From Alphaproteobacteria bacterium (GTDB taxonomy: Bacteria; Pseudomonadota; Alphaproteobacteria; UBA9219; RGZA01): a DNA stretch of 64,000 bases. Location of the stretch: the NCBI GenBank assembly GCA_041917755.1, contig JAYRWY010000016.1, positions 37,932 to 101,931 on the forward strand, read 5' to 3'. The stretch's first letter is position 1. Every line of letters starts with the position of its first letter. Below the pieces are notes generated by a model. That model saw only the letters and a program-made list of their open reading frames with translations. It was not told the origin of the DNA and did not search any database. The position numbers and the translations under genes are program-made. Positions 40,841-49,925 of this stretch are shown here, piece by piece.

Positions 40841-40872
40841 AAAGCCCCGCAAGCAATTGCGGGGCTTTTTTT
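40841..40872 (+). terminator. Intrinsic terminator after pnp
   Basis: AAAGCCCCGC-aagcaatt-GCGGGGCTTTTTTT. Confidence 0.85.
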
Positions 40873-40928
40873 GTCGTATTAAAGTTTTTTATTCGGATTA
40901 GCGCCTACTTGCGCTATTTTATATTGCG

Positions 40929-41741
40929 ATGAACAAGTCAGAAGAACATTGGCGTTGGAATGCAGACCCCGTTTGGCATTACTTTTGCTCCATGCAATAT
41001 GAAGCGGCTCGCAGTGAAGCGAGCACTAATGACTTTATGCGATACCACCATATTCGCTCATGCATATATTTTGCTGTAGGAACAGTTGAATCTTTTTTAA
41101 ATTTCCAGTTCCGCCAACACAAACAAAAACTTAACACGCCAGAGAACCAAATACTAAAAACGTTAAAAGACACAAAACTTCCTGATAAAATAAGCAAGTG
41201 GCCCTCAGAAATGTGCGGACATGATATCGTTTTTGAAAAAAACTTTGATGAAGTCTTCCTTCTATACAAAAATATAAGAAACGAAATCACACATCCAAAA
41301 CGTAAAGACCATTCTATTTATTTGGAACTAGATAAAGCAGAACTAAATATTCTAATTGATGCTGTAGCAAAAGGCCTTGTCTCAATTTATGAAGGAATAT
41401 CACAGCCATTTCCATATTGGGTGCTAGGCTGGAATTATGTAGGATTGAATGGAAATCCTGCTTATCCATTTTTATCAAATAACATAAACGGGTTTGTACC
41501 ATCTCTAAGAAATATGGGATTTTCTGGCAAAAACTTAGATATACCAGATTTATCTTGGGATAAAAAATATATGAAAAACATTGACGATTATAATGCGCTT
41601 AAATCAGCATTAGATTCTTGCCCACTTGATATTGAACCATATTGGAAAGATTTTCCTCAAAAACCTCGTTTAACTAGAAAGTGGTGGGATCATAAAATTA
41701 TATATGAAGATATCGAAAAGCATCATATTAAAATGCAATGA
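40929..41741 (+). CDS. Hypothetical protein with a HEPN-like R-x4-H motif (LYKNIRNEITHPKRKD). Encoded in an AT-rich islet, possibly Abi-like.
   Basis: GC is about 36%, against about 50% for the flanks. 270 aa. The central motif R-N-E-I-T-H matches the HEPN R[NDH]xxxH consensus. Its stop overlaps the next gene's start (ATGA). Confidence 0.45.
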   Translation: MNKSEEHWRWNADPVWHYFCSMQYEAARSEASTNDFMRYHHIRSCIYFAVGTVESFLNFQFRQHKQKLNTPENQILKTLKDTKLPDKISKWPSEMCGHDIVFEKNFDEVFLLYKNIRNEITHPKRKDHSIYLELDKAELNILIDAVAKGLVSIYEGISQPFPYWVLGWNYVGLNGNPAYPFLSNNINGFVPSLRNMGFSGKNLDIPDLSWDKKYMKNIDDYNALKSALDSCPLDIEPYWKDFPQKPRLTRKWWDHKIIYEDIEKHHIKMQ

Positions 41742-42484
41742 CTACACTCCTCGTCTGCATCATTGTTGGCCTTACCTACGCTGTGCAATCCACCTTTGGC
41801 TTTGGCGCTGGGCTTATCTCGCTGCCATTTCTAACGCTGCTTATTGGTGCCAAGGCTGGCATCTGCATGAACCTTATTTTCCAAACTCTAACCGCAACCT
41901 TGCTGTTCACGGTTTGGAAAGACATCACGTTTAAAAAACTACCGCTGTTTTTGGCCTTTACAACCATCGGCATTGTACTGGGCACGCTCTTCCTCAATAA
42001 CGTTGATGATCATGTCCTCGAAGTTATATTGGGATTTTATCTGGTGTTCTATTCCAGCAAACAATTACTCAAAGAACATTTACCAAAGGCCGAGCTTGCC
42101 TCGCGCTTTAAATCCAGCCCGCTTTATGCCGTCGCATGTGGCCTTCCCGGCGGAATGATTAGCGGCGCATTTGGCACCGGCGGCCCGATGTTGGTATCCT
42201 ATATCAAAAGCCTGCATCTGCCCAAAGATAGTCTGCGCGCGACCATCTTATTCACGATGTTCTTTTGCAATATTGGCCGCATTTTCATGACATGGCAAAC
42301 GGGCCAGTTCGATGAGCAATCGCTTACCTACGCGCTCTATGCCCTGCCCTTTTTTATTGCCGGCATCGTGGGCGGTCACCACATTTCCAAACGCCTCAGC
42401 GATAAGCAGTTCTTGCTCTATATCAACATCATCATCCTTGCTTCCGGATGCATGATTTTAATCAAACATTTTGCTGGAATCTGA
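41738..42484 (+). CDS. TauE/SafE (TSUP, DUF81) family membrane permease
   Basis: 8 predicted TM segments, Gly-rich motifs (GFGAGLISLP, GAFGTGGPML). GC is closer to the background. Confidence 0.75.
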   Translation: MTTLLVCIIVGLTYAVQSTFGFGAGLISLPFLTLLIGAKAGICMNLIFQTLTATLLFTVWKDITFKKLPLFLAFTTIGIVLGTLFLNNVDDHVLEVILGFYLVFYSSKQLLKEHLPKAELASRFKSSPLYAVACGLPGGMISGAFGTGGPMLVSYIKSLHLPKDSLRATILFTMFFCNIGRIFMTWQTGQFDEQSLTYALYALPFFIAGIVGGHHISKRLSDKQFLLYINIIILASGCMILIKHFAGI

Positions 42485-44002
42485 TTACTGGAATGCACTT
42501 TCGCAGAAGCTGCGCAGCTTGCGGCTGTGCAAGTTTTCAAGCCCCTGTTCACGCAGCAATTCCATAGCGAGCATGCCAATCTTTAAATGCTGGTCGACCT
42601 GATCTTTATAGAATTTGTTGGCCATCCCCGGCAGCTTGATTTCACCATGCAACGGTTTATCCGATACGCATAACAGCGTGCCGTATGGCACGCGGAAACG
42701 GAACCCATTGGCGGCAATCGTCGCGCTTTCCATATCCAGTGCAATCGCGCGGGATTTGCTAAAGCGTTCCATCAACTTGCCATATCCGGTGATTTCCCAA
42801 TTGCGGTTATCTACGGTTACTACCGTTCCGGTACGCATCACTGATTTTACATCATATCCGCCGGTTTTACCGGTCACTTGGGCCACCGCCACTTCCATAG
42901 CTTTCTGCACTTCGGCCAAAGCAGGTACCGGTACCCATTGCGGTAAATCGCGGTTGAGCACGTTATCATCGCGCACATATGCATGGGCGAGCACATAATC
43001 ACCCAAACGCTGCGTTTCATGAAGCCCCGCACAATGACCCAGCATCATCCACGCATGCGGGCGAAGCACCGCAATGTGGTCACTGATATTCTTGGCGTTA
43101 CTTGGCCCGATGCCGATATTCACCACCGTAATCCCGTTATGGTCGGCGCGCATCAAATGGTAGGCCGGCATTTGCGGCATACGTGCCAAACGCTCGCCTA
43201 CTTCTGCCTGATTTTCCAAATTGGCATTAACAGTAATGCGGCCACCCGGCTCTACCAACCCGATATATTGTTTACGGTACGCCGCAACGTCAGGATCATT
43301 GGTCTTGCTAAGGATTTCTTGCGCCAAGCGAACAAATTCATCGACATAAAACTGATAGTTGGTGAAGATTACGAAATTCTGGAAATGCGCCGGATTGGTT
43401 GCCGTATAGTGCCGCAAACGATGCAATGAATAATCAACCCGCGGCGCAGTAAATAACGCTAATGGCCGCGTTCCGTCACTAAATGTGCCGCCAAACGTGC
43501 CATTCACAATGCTATCATCCATATCTGCCAAATTAGGCATATCAAAATGATTGCGGATTTGCGTGACGATATCCGGTGTTAAGCCCTCTTCCAGATGCAT
43601 ACCTTCACTAAACGCAAAGTGCACGGGCATGCGTTCTTGCGATACGCCTACCTCCAATGGAACCTTATGATTGCTAAGCAGCAAACTGAATTGGCGTTTG
43701 AAATACTGCTCGAAAATATCTGGCCGCGTCAGCGAGATACGAAATGTCCCCGCGCCTTGCACAAATCCAAATGATAAACGGCTATCAACTTTTTCTGCAC
43801 GCGCGGTGGTAATGGCTACGTATGGGTAATGCGCGGTAATGCGTCCTTCGGGCACTTTGCCTTTGGTAAACCCGTTAAACGCTTCACGCAAATATGCGGC
43901 ATTGGTGTCATATATTTCTTTGACATATTGAAATGCCTTGTCGGCATTATCAAACAGGCGGCGATGTTCGGGCGATGGACGAAACGGTTTGATGGCTGTC
44001 AT
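42485..44002 (-). CDS. amn: AMP nucleosidase
   Basis: Colinear with E. coli Amn: LHRLRHYTATNPAHFQNFVIFTNYQFYVDEFV, NIGIGPSNAKNISDHIAVLRPHAWMMLGHCAGL, SRKLRSF... at the C-terminus. Confidence 0.88.
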   Translation of the reverse strand: MTAIKPFRPSPEHRRLFDNADKAFQYVKEIYDTNAAYLREAFNGFTKGKVPEGRITAHYPYVAITTARAEKVDSRLSFGFVQGAGTFRISLTRPDIFEQYFKRQFSLLLSNHKVPLEVGVSQERMPVHFAFSEGMHLEEGLTPDIVTQIRNHFDMPNLADMDDSIVNGTFGGTFSDGTRPLALFTAPRVDYSLHRLRHYTATNPAHFQNFVIFTNYQFYVDEFVRLAQEILSKTNDPDVAAYRKQYIGLVEPGGRITVNANLENQAEVGERLARMPQMPAYHLMRADHNGITVVNIGIGPSNAKNISDHIAVLRPHAWMMLGHCAGLHETQRLGDYVLAHAYVRDDNVLNRDLPQWVPVPALAEVQKAMEVAVAQVTGKTGGYDVKSVMRTGTVVTVDNRNWEITGYGKLMERFSKSRAIALDMESATIAANGFRFRVPYGTLLCVSDKPLHGEIKLPGMANKFYKDQVDQHLKIGMLAMELLREQGLENLHSRKLRSFCESAFQ

Positions 44003-44008
44003 TGAAAT

Positions 44009-45079
44009 TTATTCTACTCCGCATAAAGCTTTAGCAAAGGCATCCGCCGTGAATGGGCGAAGATCATCAATACCCTCCCCCACGCCAATGGCATAGACAG
44101 GAAGCTTAAACACATCAGCCAGCGCAACCAATACCCCACCTCTAGCCGAGCCATCCAGCTTGGTCAAAACGAGACCGGAAACAGCGGTCATACTCTTGAA
44201 AACCTCAACCTGCGCATGCGCATTTTGGCCTGTGGTGGCATCCAGCACCAGTAGCGTGGCATGGGGGGCTGATTCGTCGACCTTCTGAATCACGCGGATG
44301 ATTTTCTGCAATTCCGCCATCAACCCGGCTTTGTTTTGCAAACGCCCTGCCGTATCAATCATCACCACATCGGTGCCGTTCTGCTTTGCTTGCTCAAGTG
44401 CCTTATAGGCAAGGCTCGCAGGGTCTGCATTTTCTGCGCCCACCAGCAATTCACATCCAGCACGCTGCGCCCATACCTCAAGCTGTGAAACAGCCGCCGC
44501 TCTGAACGTATCGCCCGCCACCATCAATACTTTTTTATTCTGCTGTGTAAGTTGTTTGGCAAGCTTGCCCATGGTGGTGGTTTTACCCACGCCATTTACG
44601 CCCACCATCACGCATACAAATGGTTTATGTGTTGTAAAATCCAATGTCGCCGCAACAGGCTCAAGCAGCGTGGTAATTTCATCCGCCAGTGCGCCGCGAA
44701 TTTCTTCATCACTGCTGTCCTTGCCAAAACGTGTTTTACGGATGTGCGATATAATTTTTCCTGCCGTCGCAACGCCCATATCCGCCTTAATCAGCAGCTC
44801 TTCGAGCGCTTCCAACGTCTCGTTATCGAGCTTCTTTTTGGTAAAAATGCCCGCGATACCTTCACTCAACTGGCTAGTGGATTTTTGCAGCCCGCCTTTT
44901 AATTTCTCCCACAAGCTCAATTTTACTTCTTCGCTTGGCTCCGGGTTTGCTGGCGTTACAATCGGCTCTGCAATTGGCGCTACAACGGGTGCTGCTTCTG
45001 CCGCCTGTTCGACAATAGGTTTTGCTTCCTCAACGGGCTTTACATCAGCTTTATCTTTTTTCTTAAAAAATCCGAACAT
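44009..45079 (-). CDS. ftsY: Signal recognition particle receptor FtsY
   Basis: Acidic N-terminal region and the NG domain with GVNGVGKTTTMGKLA, DTAGR. Confidence 0.93.
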   Translation of the reverse strand: MFGFFKKKDKADVKPVEEAKPIVEQAAEAAPVVAPIAEPIVTPANPEPSEEVKLSLWEKLKGGLQKSTSQLSEGIAGIFTKKKLDNETLEALEELLIKADMGVATAGKIISHIRKTRFGKDSSDEEIRGALADEITTLLEPVAATLDFTTHKPFVCVMVGVNGVGKTTTMGKLAKQLTQQNKKVLMVAGDTFRAAAVSQLEVWAQRAGCELLVGAENADPASLAYKALEQAKQNGTDVVMIDTAGRLQNKAGLMAELQKIIRVIQKVDESAPHATLLVLDATTGQNAHAQVEVFKSMTAVSGLVLTKLDGSARGGVLVALADVFKLPVYAIGVGEGIDDLRPFTADAFAKALCGVE

Positions 45080-45092
45080 GCACTTTCCAAAC

Positions 45093-45923
45093 TTATTTCT
45101 GATTTAGAAATGCGTCGGGCAACACACCAGTAAAACTGGTGGCCACAGGGCCGGTCATCAATACATGGCCGTTATCAAGCCATTCCATATGCAATCGCCC
45201 ACCATCCAGATCAATATCGGCTTTGCGTTCGGTCAATCCACGTCGCACAGCAGCAACTATCACCGCGCATGCTCCTGACCCGCAGGCAAGCGTGATGCCA
45301 GCGCCGCGTTCCCACACACGCATGCGCATATGCGTGCGGCTTTTCACTTCAATAAATTCAACATTGGTGCGCGCAGGAAATAATGCGTGGTGCTCCACCT
45401 GCTTGCCTAATGTCGCGATATCAGTCTTTTCGACATTCTTTACAAAGAAAACCGCATGCGGGTTGCCCATATTCACGGCAACGGCTGGTGGCAACCCTGC
45501 AATCCCCATATCAATATTTAATGTATCCATATGCTTGGATAGAGGTATGGCATTCCATTCGGTCAATGCCGTCCCCATATCAACGGTAATCAAACCGTTA
45601 CTACGCGTCGCATGTAACACATCATATGGGCTTTCAATCCGAAGCTCGTTCACACCGCGTGCGTTCATTTCCAAATCCGCAACACACCGCGTGGCATTAC
45701 CGCATGCCGCCGCCTCCGACCCATCGGCATTGTAAATGCCCATATACAGATCGGCTGCTTTTGCGGAATCTTTCAGGACAATAAGCTGGTCGCAACCAAC
45801 CCCGCGGTTGCGGTCGGCAATCCGTTTAATTTGATCTGGCGTTGGTTGAAATCCGGTTTTACGGGCATCCAGAATGACAAAATCATTCCCCAAGCCATGC
45901 ATTTTGATGAATGGTACAGGCAT
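45093..45923 (-). CDS. dapF: Diaminopimelate epimerase
   Basis: MPVPFIKMHGLGNDFVILD and the two catalytic Cys regions (AACGNATRC..., CGSGACA). Confidence 0.93.
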   Translation of the reverse strand: MPVPFIKMHGLGNDFVILDARKTGFQPTPDQIKRIADRNRGVGCDQLIVLKDSAKAADLYMGIYNADGSEAAACGNATRCVADLEMNARGVNELRIESPYDVLHATRSNGLITVDMGTALTEWNAIPLSKHMDTLNIDMGIAGLPPAVAVNMGNPHAVFFVKNVEKTDIATLGKQVEHHALFPARTNVEFIEVKSRTHMRMRVWERGAGITLACGSGACAVIVAAVRRGLTERKADIDLDGGRLHMEWLDNGHVLMTGPVATSFTGVLPDAFLNQK

Positions 45924-45971
45924 CCCTTTAATATAGGGGATTTCGTGGGAATGTCACGTCGCAGTTAGAAC

Positions 45972-46790
45972 TTAGCGTCTACCTGCCACAGCTGCCTGCG
46001 TATCAGGGCTATCATTCACATCTTCGTCGACGCCATCATAGAGCGGGTCTTGTGAATTGCCAGATGGCTGCTGGGTCTGGTTGTGTGGCTGATATTCCAC
46101 CGGACGCTGGCCTTGTTGTTGGTCATAACCAACTTCGTTGCCGCGGTTATCGGGGTTACCATAACGCTGCTGGTTACGGTTGCCGAAATCACGGTTATCA
46201 CGTTGACCGTCCTGGCGTCCACCTTCGCGACTTCCATCGCGTTGGTTATTACGATGATCACGCCCGCCATTATGGCGGCGATATTGCTGATCATTGCCCT
46301 GCTGGCCTTGCGACTGACCATCTTGGCCATTTGCGTAGGCGCCATCTTGGCTTGGCTGGCCGTCTTGGCCTTGTTCGCCGCCCAATGACTGACCTTGTGG
46401 CTGGCCATCATTATATGCTGATGGCTGGGGTTGGCTTTCCCATGAGGCTTGGCGCGCGCGTTGTTCGGCTGCGGTTGCTTCGTTAATTGCTTCAATAATA
46501 CGGTAATAATGTTCGGCGTGCTGCAGATAGTTTTCTGCCAATACGCGGTCACCCGATGACAAGGCATCCTTGGCTAACGCTTGGTATTTTTCATGAACCT
46601 GAAATGCATTGCCACGCACACGCATATCTGGGCCGTTGCTGTCAAATATCTGGTTGCGCAGCGATGTTGCTGAACGCTGACCCTGTTGGCCACCTTGTCC
46701 TTGGTGATTACGGTGCTGACCACCATTTCCTCCACCATGACGATTATCATTGCGACGTCCACCGCGGCGTTGGCCTTGACCTGGTCTCAT
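45972..46790 (-). CDS. Gln/Gly/Arg-rich low-complexity protein with a conserved DUF4167-like domain
   Basis: Ordered block RNQIFDSNGPDMRVRGNAFQVHEKYQALAKDA...AENYLQHAEHYYRI, flanked by long Q/G/R/N/D repeats. Confidence 0.55.
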   Translation of the reverse strand: MRPGQGQRRGGRRNDNRHGGGNGGQHRNHQGQGGQQGQRSATSLRNQIFDSNGPDMRVRGNAFQVHEKYQALAKDALSSGDRVLAENYLQHAEHYYRIIEAINEATAAEQRARQASWESQPQPSAYNDGQPQGQSLGGEQGQDGQPSQDGAYANGQDGQSQGQQGNDQQYRRHNGGRDHRNNQRDGSREGGRQDGQRDNRDFGNRNQQRYGNPDNRGNEVGYDQQQGQRPVEYQPHNQTQQPSGNSQDPLYDGVDEDVNDSPDTQAAVAGRR

Positions 46791-47026
46791 GCTTTTAAAT
46801 CCTTTTAATCGTTTAACTGTTATTCCAGTTCTTTTGGAAAATCGCCATCCAAGGCGTTTTTCCGATGCCCGAACCTATCAATATTAATATCAGGCACGTC
46901 GCGCTTTTATCAAAACGAATTCCAAAGCGCATCGTTGTTGGAAGCTAATCTGGCAGAATGGACGCAGAGCGACAAGCGATTTTTATTTGCGCAAAAACTA
47001 CCGAAAATCTGGGCTAAATCGGCGTT

Positions 47027-48589
47027 TTAACCAAATGGATGGGCAAGAATTAATTGCCAAATTGGCGGCGCTTTAAGAATAAACAGCATGGCCACATAAA
47101 TAATCATCACCACAATACCGGCAATGATTCCCACCCCGCCCGCACTTTGCGAGACAACTTTTTCGCTGCTTCCCAATTGCCGCTGCAATGATTTGGCCGC
47201 CACTATACGTAGTAAATAATTTTGTAAAAAATATCCGCCGATGCATAGCCCTATATCAAACACCAGCACTGCAATCGGTTTTATTTTTTCCATCAACATC
47301 ATACGAATACCGGATGAAATAATACCGTAATCAAGCGCAACAAATAATATGACGGATACTGCCGCCGCGATGATACGTACCAAAATGGTCTGGCTATGCA
47401 CTAGTTTACGCATCACATCCAGTATACGCTGCGCCATATCCAGCGATAGTCCGGTGGCATATAATTGCCGCAACATTTTCGCATCCGCATTCTTGATTTG
47501 TAATAACCCGAACGCTTCGCGGCAAACACGTAACTCTAATGCTTTGCCCAGCGTATCCGGTTGCTTCATATTCGCTTCAAACTGGCTGATTTTTTCTTGC
47601 ACTGCGGCATCAATAAAATTGGGCAAATCAATGATCACGCATTTATGCCCTAACAAGGAACATTTCATTGGCTTACCGTTTATGCGCACACGCATTTCGG
47701 CGTAAGGCATAACAGCGGTATAGGGGATATAAGGCTCGCCATTTTCCTTAAATGCCAATTCCTGCGATGAAATCGTCGCATGCCCCTTGGCTAATGTTTT
47801 CATACCCGCCCGTGCAATCGCTTTGCGGAAACCTCCGGGCAATCCATCACTTTGCGATATAAAAAATTCAGCCTTGGCGGTTGGCATCACATTCACTTCT
47901 GTTGTGAATAATCCATTTCCGCCACACGTTGTGCATTTGGTTCGCCCTTGTCCGCGGCATTGGTTACACACGGTTTGTCGTTGTCCGCGGCATTCGCGGC
48001 AATGTATCTGCCGGTTACCATTGCAGTAATTACAGTATTGCTCGGGATTGGTATTGTTTAATCCTGTACCACCACACCCGGTGCACATCTCGAAACCGGT
48101 TTCACGGCATAAATAACACGCAACATATCCTGTTGAATGACATCCGGTACATGCAATGTAACTACTACCATTGCATCCTGTGCATGGCACATCGGAATAA
48201 TAGGTGTGCGTCAAACTATCCAGAACAACATCCGCTTTTTCAAGACCCCAACCCTGCCCCGGCTCTGCCTTTAACTGGCGCGCGGCATCCTTGCTCCAGT
48301 AATTTCCGGTTTCCGCTTTGGTTTTCAGTTCCTTGATTTTCTCCTGCATCTCGCGGTCATTGGCTACTTTTTCATAGCGGCCTTTGGGCAACCCTTTGAT
48401 GTTTTTAAATGCTCCGGGATAGGATGCAGTCTCGCGCCCCATATCAAATTTCATATTCATTTGCGCATTGACGGTCAGCGTCGTTTCATCGCTGCCCAGC
48501 AATTCGATTTTATTGACATCTATACCATTACCATCCGCGCAGGATTTGATTTTGGCAAACGCCTCATGCGTGAGCTTATGATCAGTCAT
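47027..48589 (-). CDS. Hypothetical membrane-anchored protein with two complete DnaJ-type cysteine-rich zinc-finger modules (8 CxxC repeats). C-terminal 3-TM region.
   Basis: First module CTGCNGSS...CTGCHSTG...CYLCRETG...CTGCGGTG. Second module CNYCNGNR...CRECRGQR...CNQCRGQG...CTTCGGNG. Three hydrophobic helices at the C-terminus. The ATG lies 8 nt inside the upstream gene's end. Confidence 0.6.
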   Translation of the reverse strand: MTDHKLTHEAFAKIKSCADGNGIDVNKIELLGSDETTLTVNAQMNMKFDMGRETASYPGAFKNIKGLPKGRYEKVANDREMQEKIKELKTKAETGNYWSKDAARQLKAEPGQGWGLEKADVVLDSLTHTYYSDVPCTGCNGSSYIACTGCHSTGYVACYLCRETGFEMCTGCGGTGLNNTNPEQYCNYCNGNRQIHCRECRGQRQTVCNQCRGQGRTKCTTCGGNGLFTTEVNVMPTAKAEFFISQSDGLPGGFRKAIARAGMKTLAKGHATISSQELAFKENGEPYIPYTAVMPYAEMRVRINGKPMKCSLLGHKCVIIDLPNFIDAAVQEKISQFEANMKQPDTLGKALELRVCREAFGLLQIKNADAKMLRQLYATGLSLDMAQRILDVMRKLVHSQTILVRIIAAAVSVILFVALDYGIISSGIRMMLMEKIKPIAVLVFDIGLCIGGYFLQNYLLRIVAAKSLQRQLGSSEKVVSQSAGGVGIIAGIVVMIIYVAMLFILKAPPIWQLILAHPFG

Positions 48590-49433
48590 CGCATTCCCCG
48601 ACCATCACACGTGTGGGGTTTGGTTCCCCAAATCCCGGAATAGGAATTAAATCCGATTTCACAAAACTCGGTTTTTTCAGGACAATTTTTTCACGCACCG
48701 CCTGCTTGGGCACTGGGCGCGCATAAACCTGCTTGCTCACCTCAATTAACAAGACACCGGCAAGCCCGGAAAAAAACACATCACCCTGCTGTTCAATCCA
48801 ACTCTCATAGGGCTTAAGCCAACGCGTGGCAAACGGTGGCATATATAATGCGCGGTTATGCCGCTCTACCTGAAACCCATGATGGGTCAAAATACGCCGG
48901 ATATGCGGCAATGAAAACGAAAAGCCAAATCCAAATGGCGTGCGCGCATCGCGTGCCCACCATCCACTACGGTGTGGCACCATAATAATCATCCGGCCAT
49001 TACTGGTCAGCACGCGGCCCATTTCCTGTAACACATCACCGATGTGTTCAGTATTTTCCACCATATGCATCATCAAGATACGATCCACCGAATGGTCAGG
49101 AAGCGGCAGATAGGTTTCTTCGGTTAAACTCGTCAGGTTCGGGCCACCGCGTGGCCACCACGTAATACCTTGCTGCGCAGGCATGAACGCCATCACGCGC
49201 GCCGCTTCATTTAAAAACGGACGAAGATAGGGCGTGGCATATCCCATACCCAATAATGTTTCACTGGAAATATTCGGCCACAGTTTGCGCACACTACCGC
49301 GCACCAATCGTTGCGCCAGCTGGCCCAGATCGCTTTCATAAAATTCGCGGAGATCAACTACATCAGGATACATGCGGGTGAATTCTAAAACAGATAAGTT
49401 AATGAGGTATGAGAAAAATCCACCTCCCAACAC
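48582..49433 (-). CDS. Putative class I SAM-dependent methyltransferase-like protein
   Basis: Rossmann-like LLGMGYATPYL ... VDRILMMHMVE ... NGRMIIMVP pattern. GTG at 49433 or ATG at 49373. Its 3' end overlaps the next gene's start by 8 nt. Confidence 0.5.
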   Translation of the reverse strand: MLGGGFFSYLINLSVLEFTRMYPDVVDLREFYESDLGQLAQRLVRGSVRKLWPNISSETLLGMGYATPYLRPFLNEAARVMAFMPAQQGITWWPRGGPNLTSLTEETYLPLPDHSVDRILMMHMVENTEHIGDVLQEMGRVLTSNGRMIIMVPHRSGWWARDARTPFGFGFSFSLPHIRRILTHHGFQVERHNRALYMPPFATRWLKPYESWIEQQGDVFFSGLAGVLLIEVSKQVYARPVPKQAVREKIVLKKPSFVKSDLIPIPGFGEPNPTRVMVGECDD

Positions 49434-49451
49434 CCTGATTTACCTGTATTT

Positions 49452-49925
49452 TTATAACGCCTGCCGTTGCACATAGGCCAATTCTACAACCCGCAGCATT
49501 TCGCTCCATACATTCAAGGAACGCAGCTCCGGCATGGTAATCCACCGCGCATCAGTCACATCACTGGCGGGCGCAGCCTCGCCGCTTTCCCACTGCGCAT
49601 TCACTTCCACAATGCTGTAATGGTACATGACCTTTTGTTGCTCATCGCGCGTGATGCCATCAATCGCGGTGATAATCGCAAATGGTTTGATGACTATTCC
49701 GGCTTCTTCGCGCGCTTCGCGTATGGCGCATTCAAAGAATGTCTCGCCCACTTCTTGCGCACCGCCAATTAATCCCCACTGCCCCATGCCCGGCGGTTTA
49801 CCGCGCCGGATAATCAATGTTTCATCAACACCATTATTTTTACGCCACACCACAACGCCAATGGCTGGCCAAGGCTGTGTGGGATAGCGACGCAGCTCCA
49901 TCTTACGCCATATACTGGCCGCCAT
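49452..49925 (-). CDS. NUDIX hydrolase
   Basis: Nudix box GGAQEVGETFFECAIREAREEAGI. Confidence 0.85.
   Translation of the reverse strand: MAASIWRKMELRRYPTQPWPAIGVVVWRKNNGVDETLIIRRGKPPGMGQWGLIGGAQEVGETFFECAIREAREEAGIVIKPFAIITAIDGITRDEQQKVMYHYSIVEVNAQWESGEAAPASDVTDARWITMPELRSLNVWSEMLRVVELAYVQRQAL

Noticed and set aside
46016-46798. Four overlapping ORFs on both strands inside the DUF4167-like gene
   Set aside because: They are artefacts of the repetitive Q/G/R-coding sequence. Only the 45972-46790 minus frame has an ordered conserved block.
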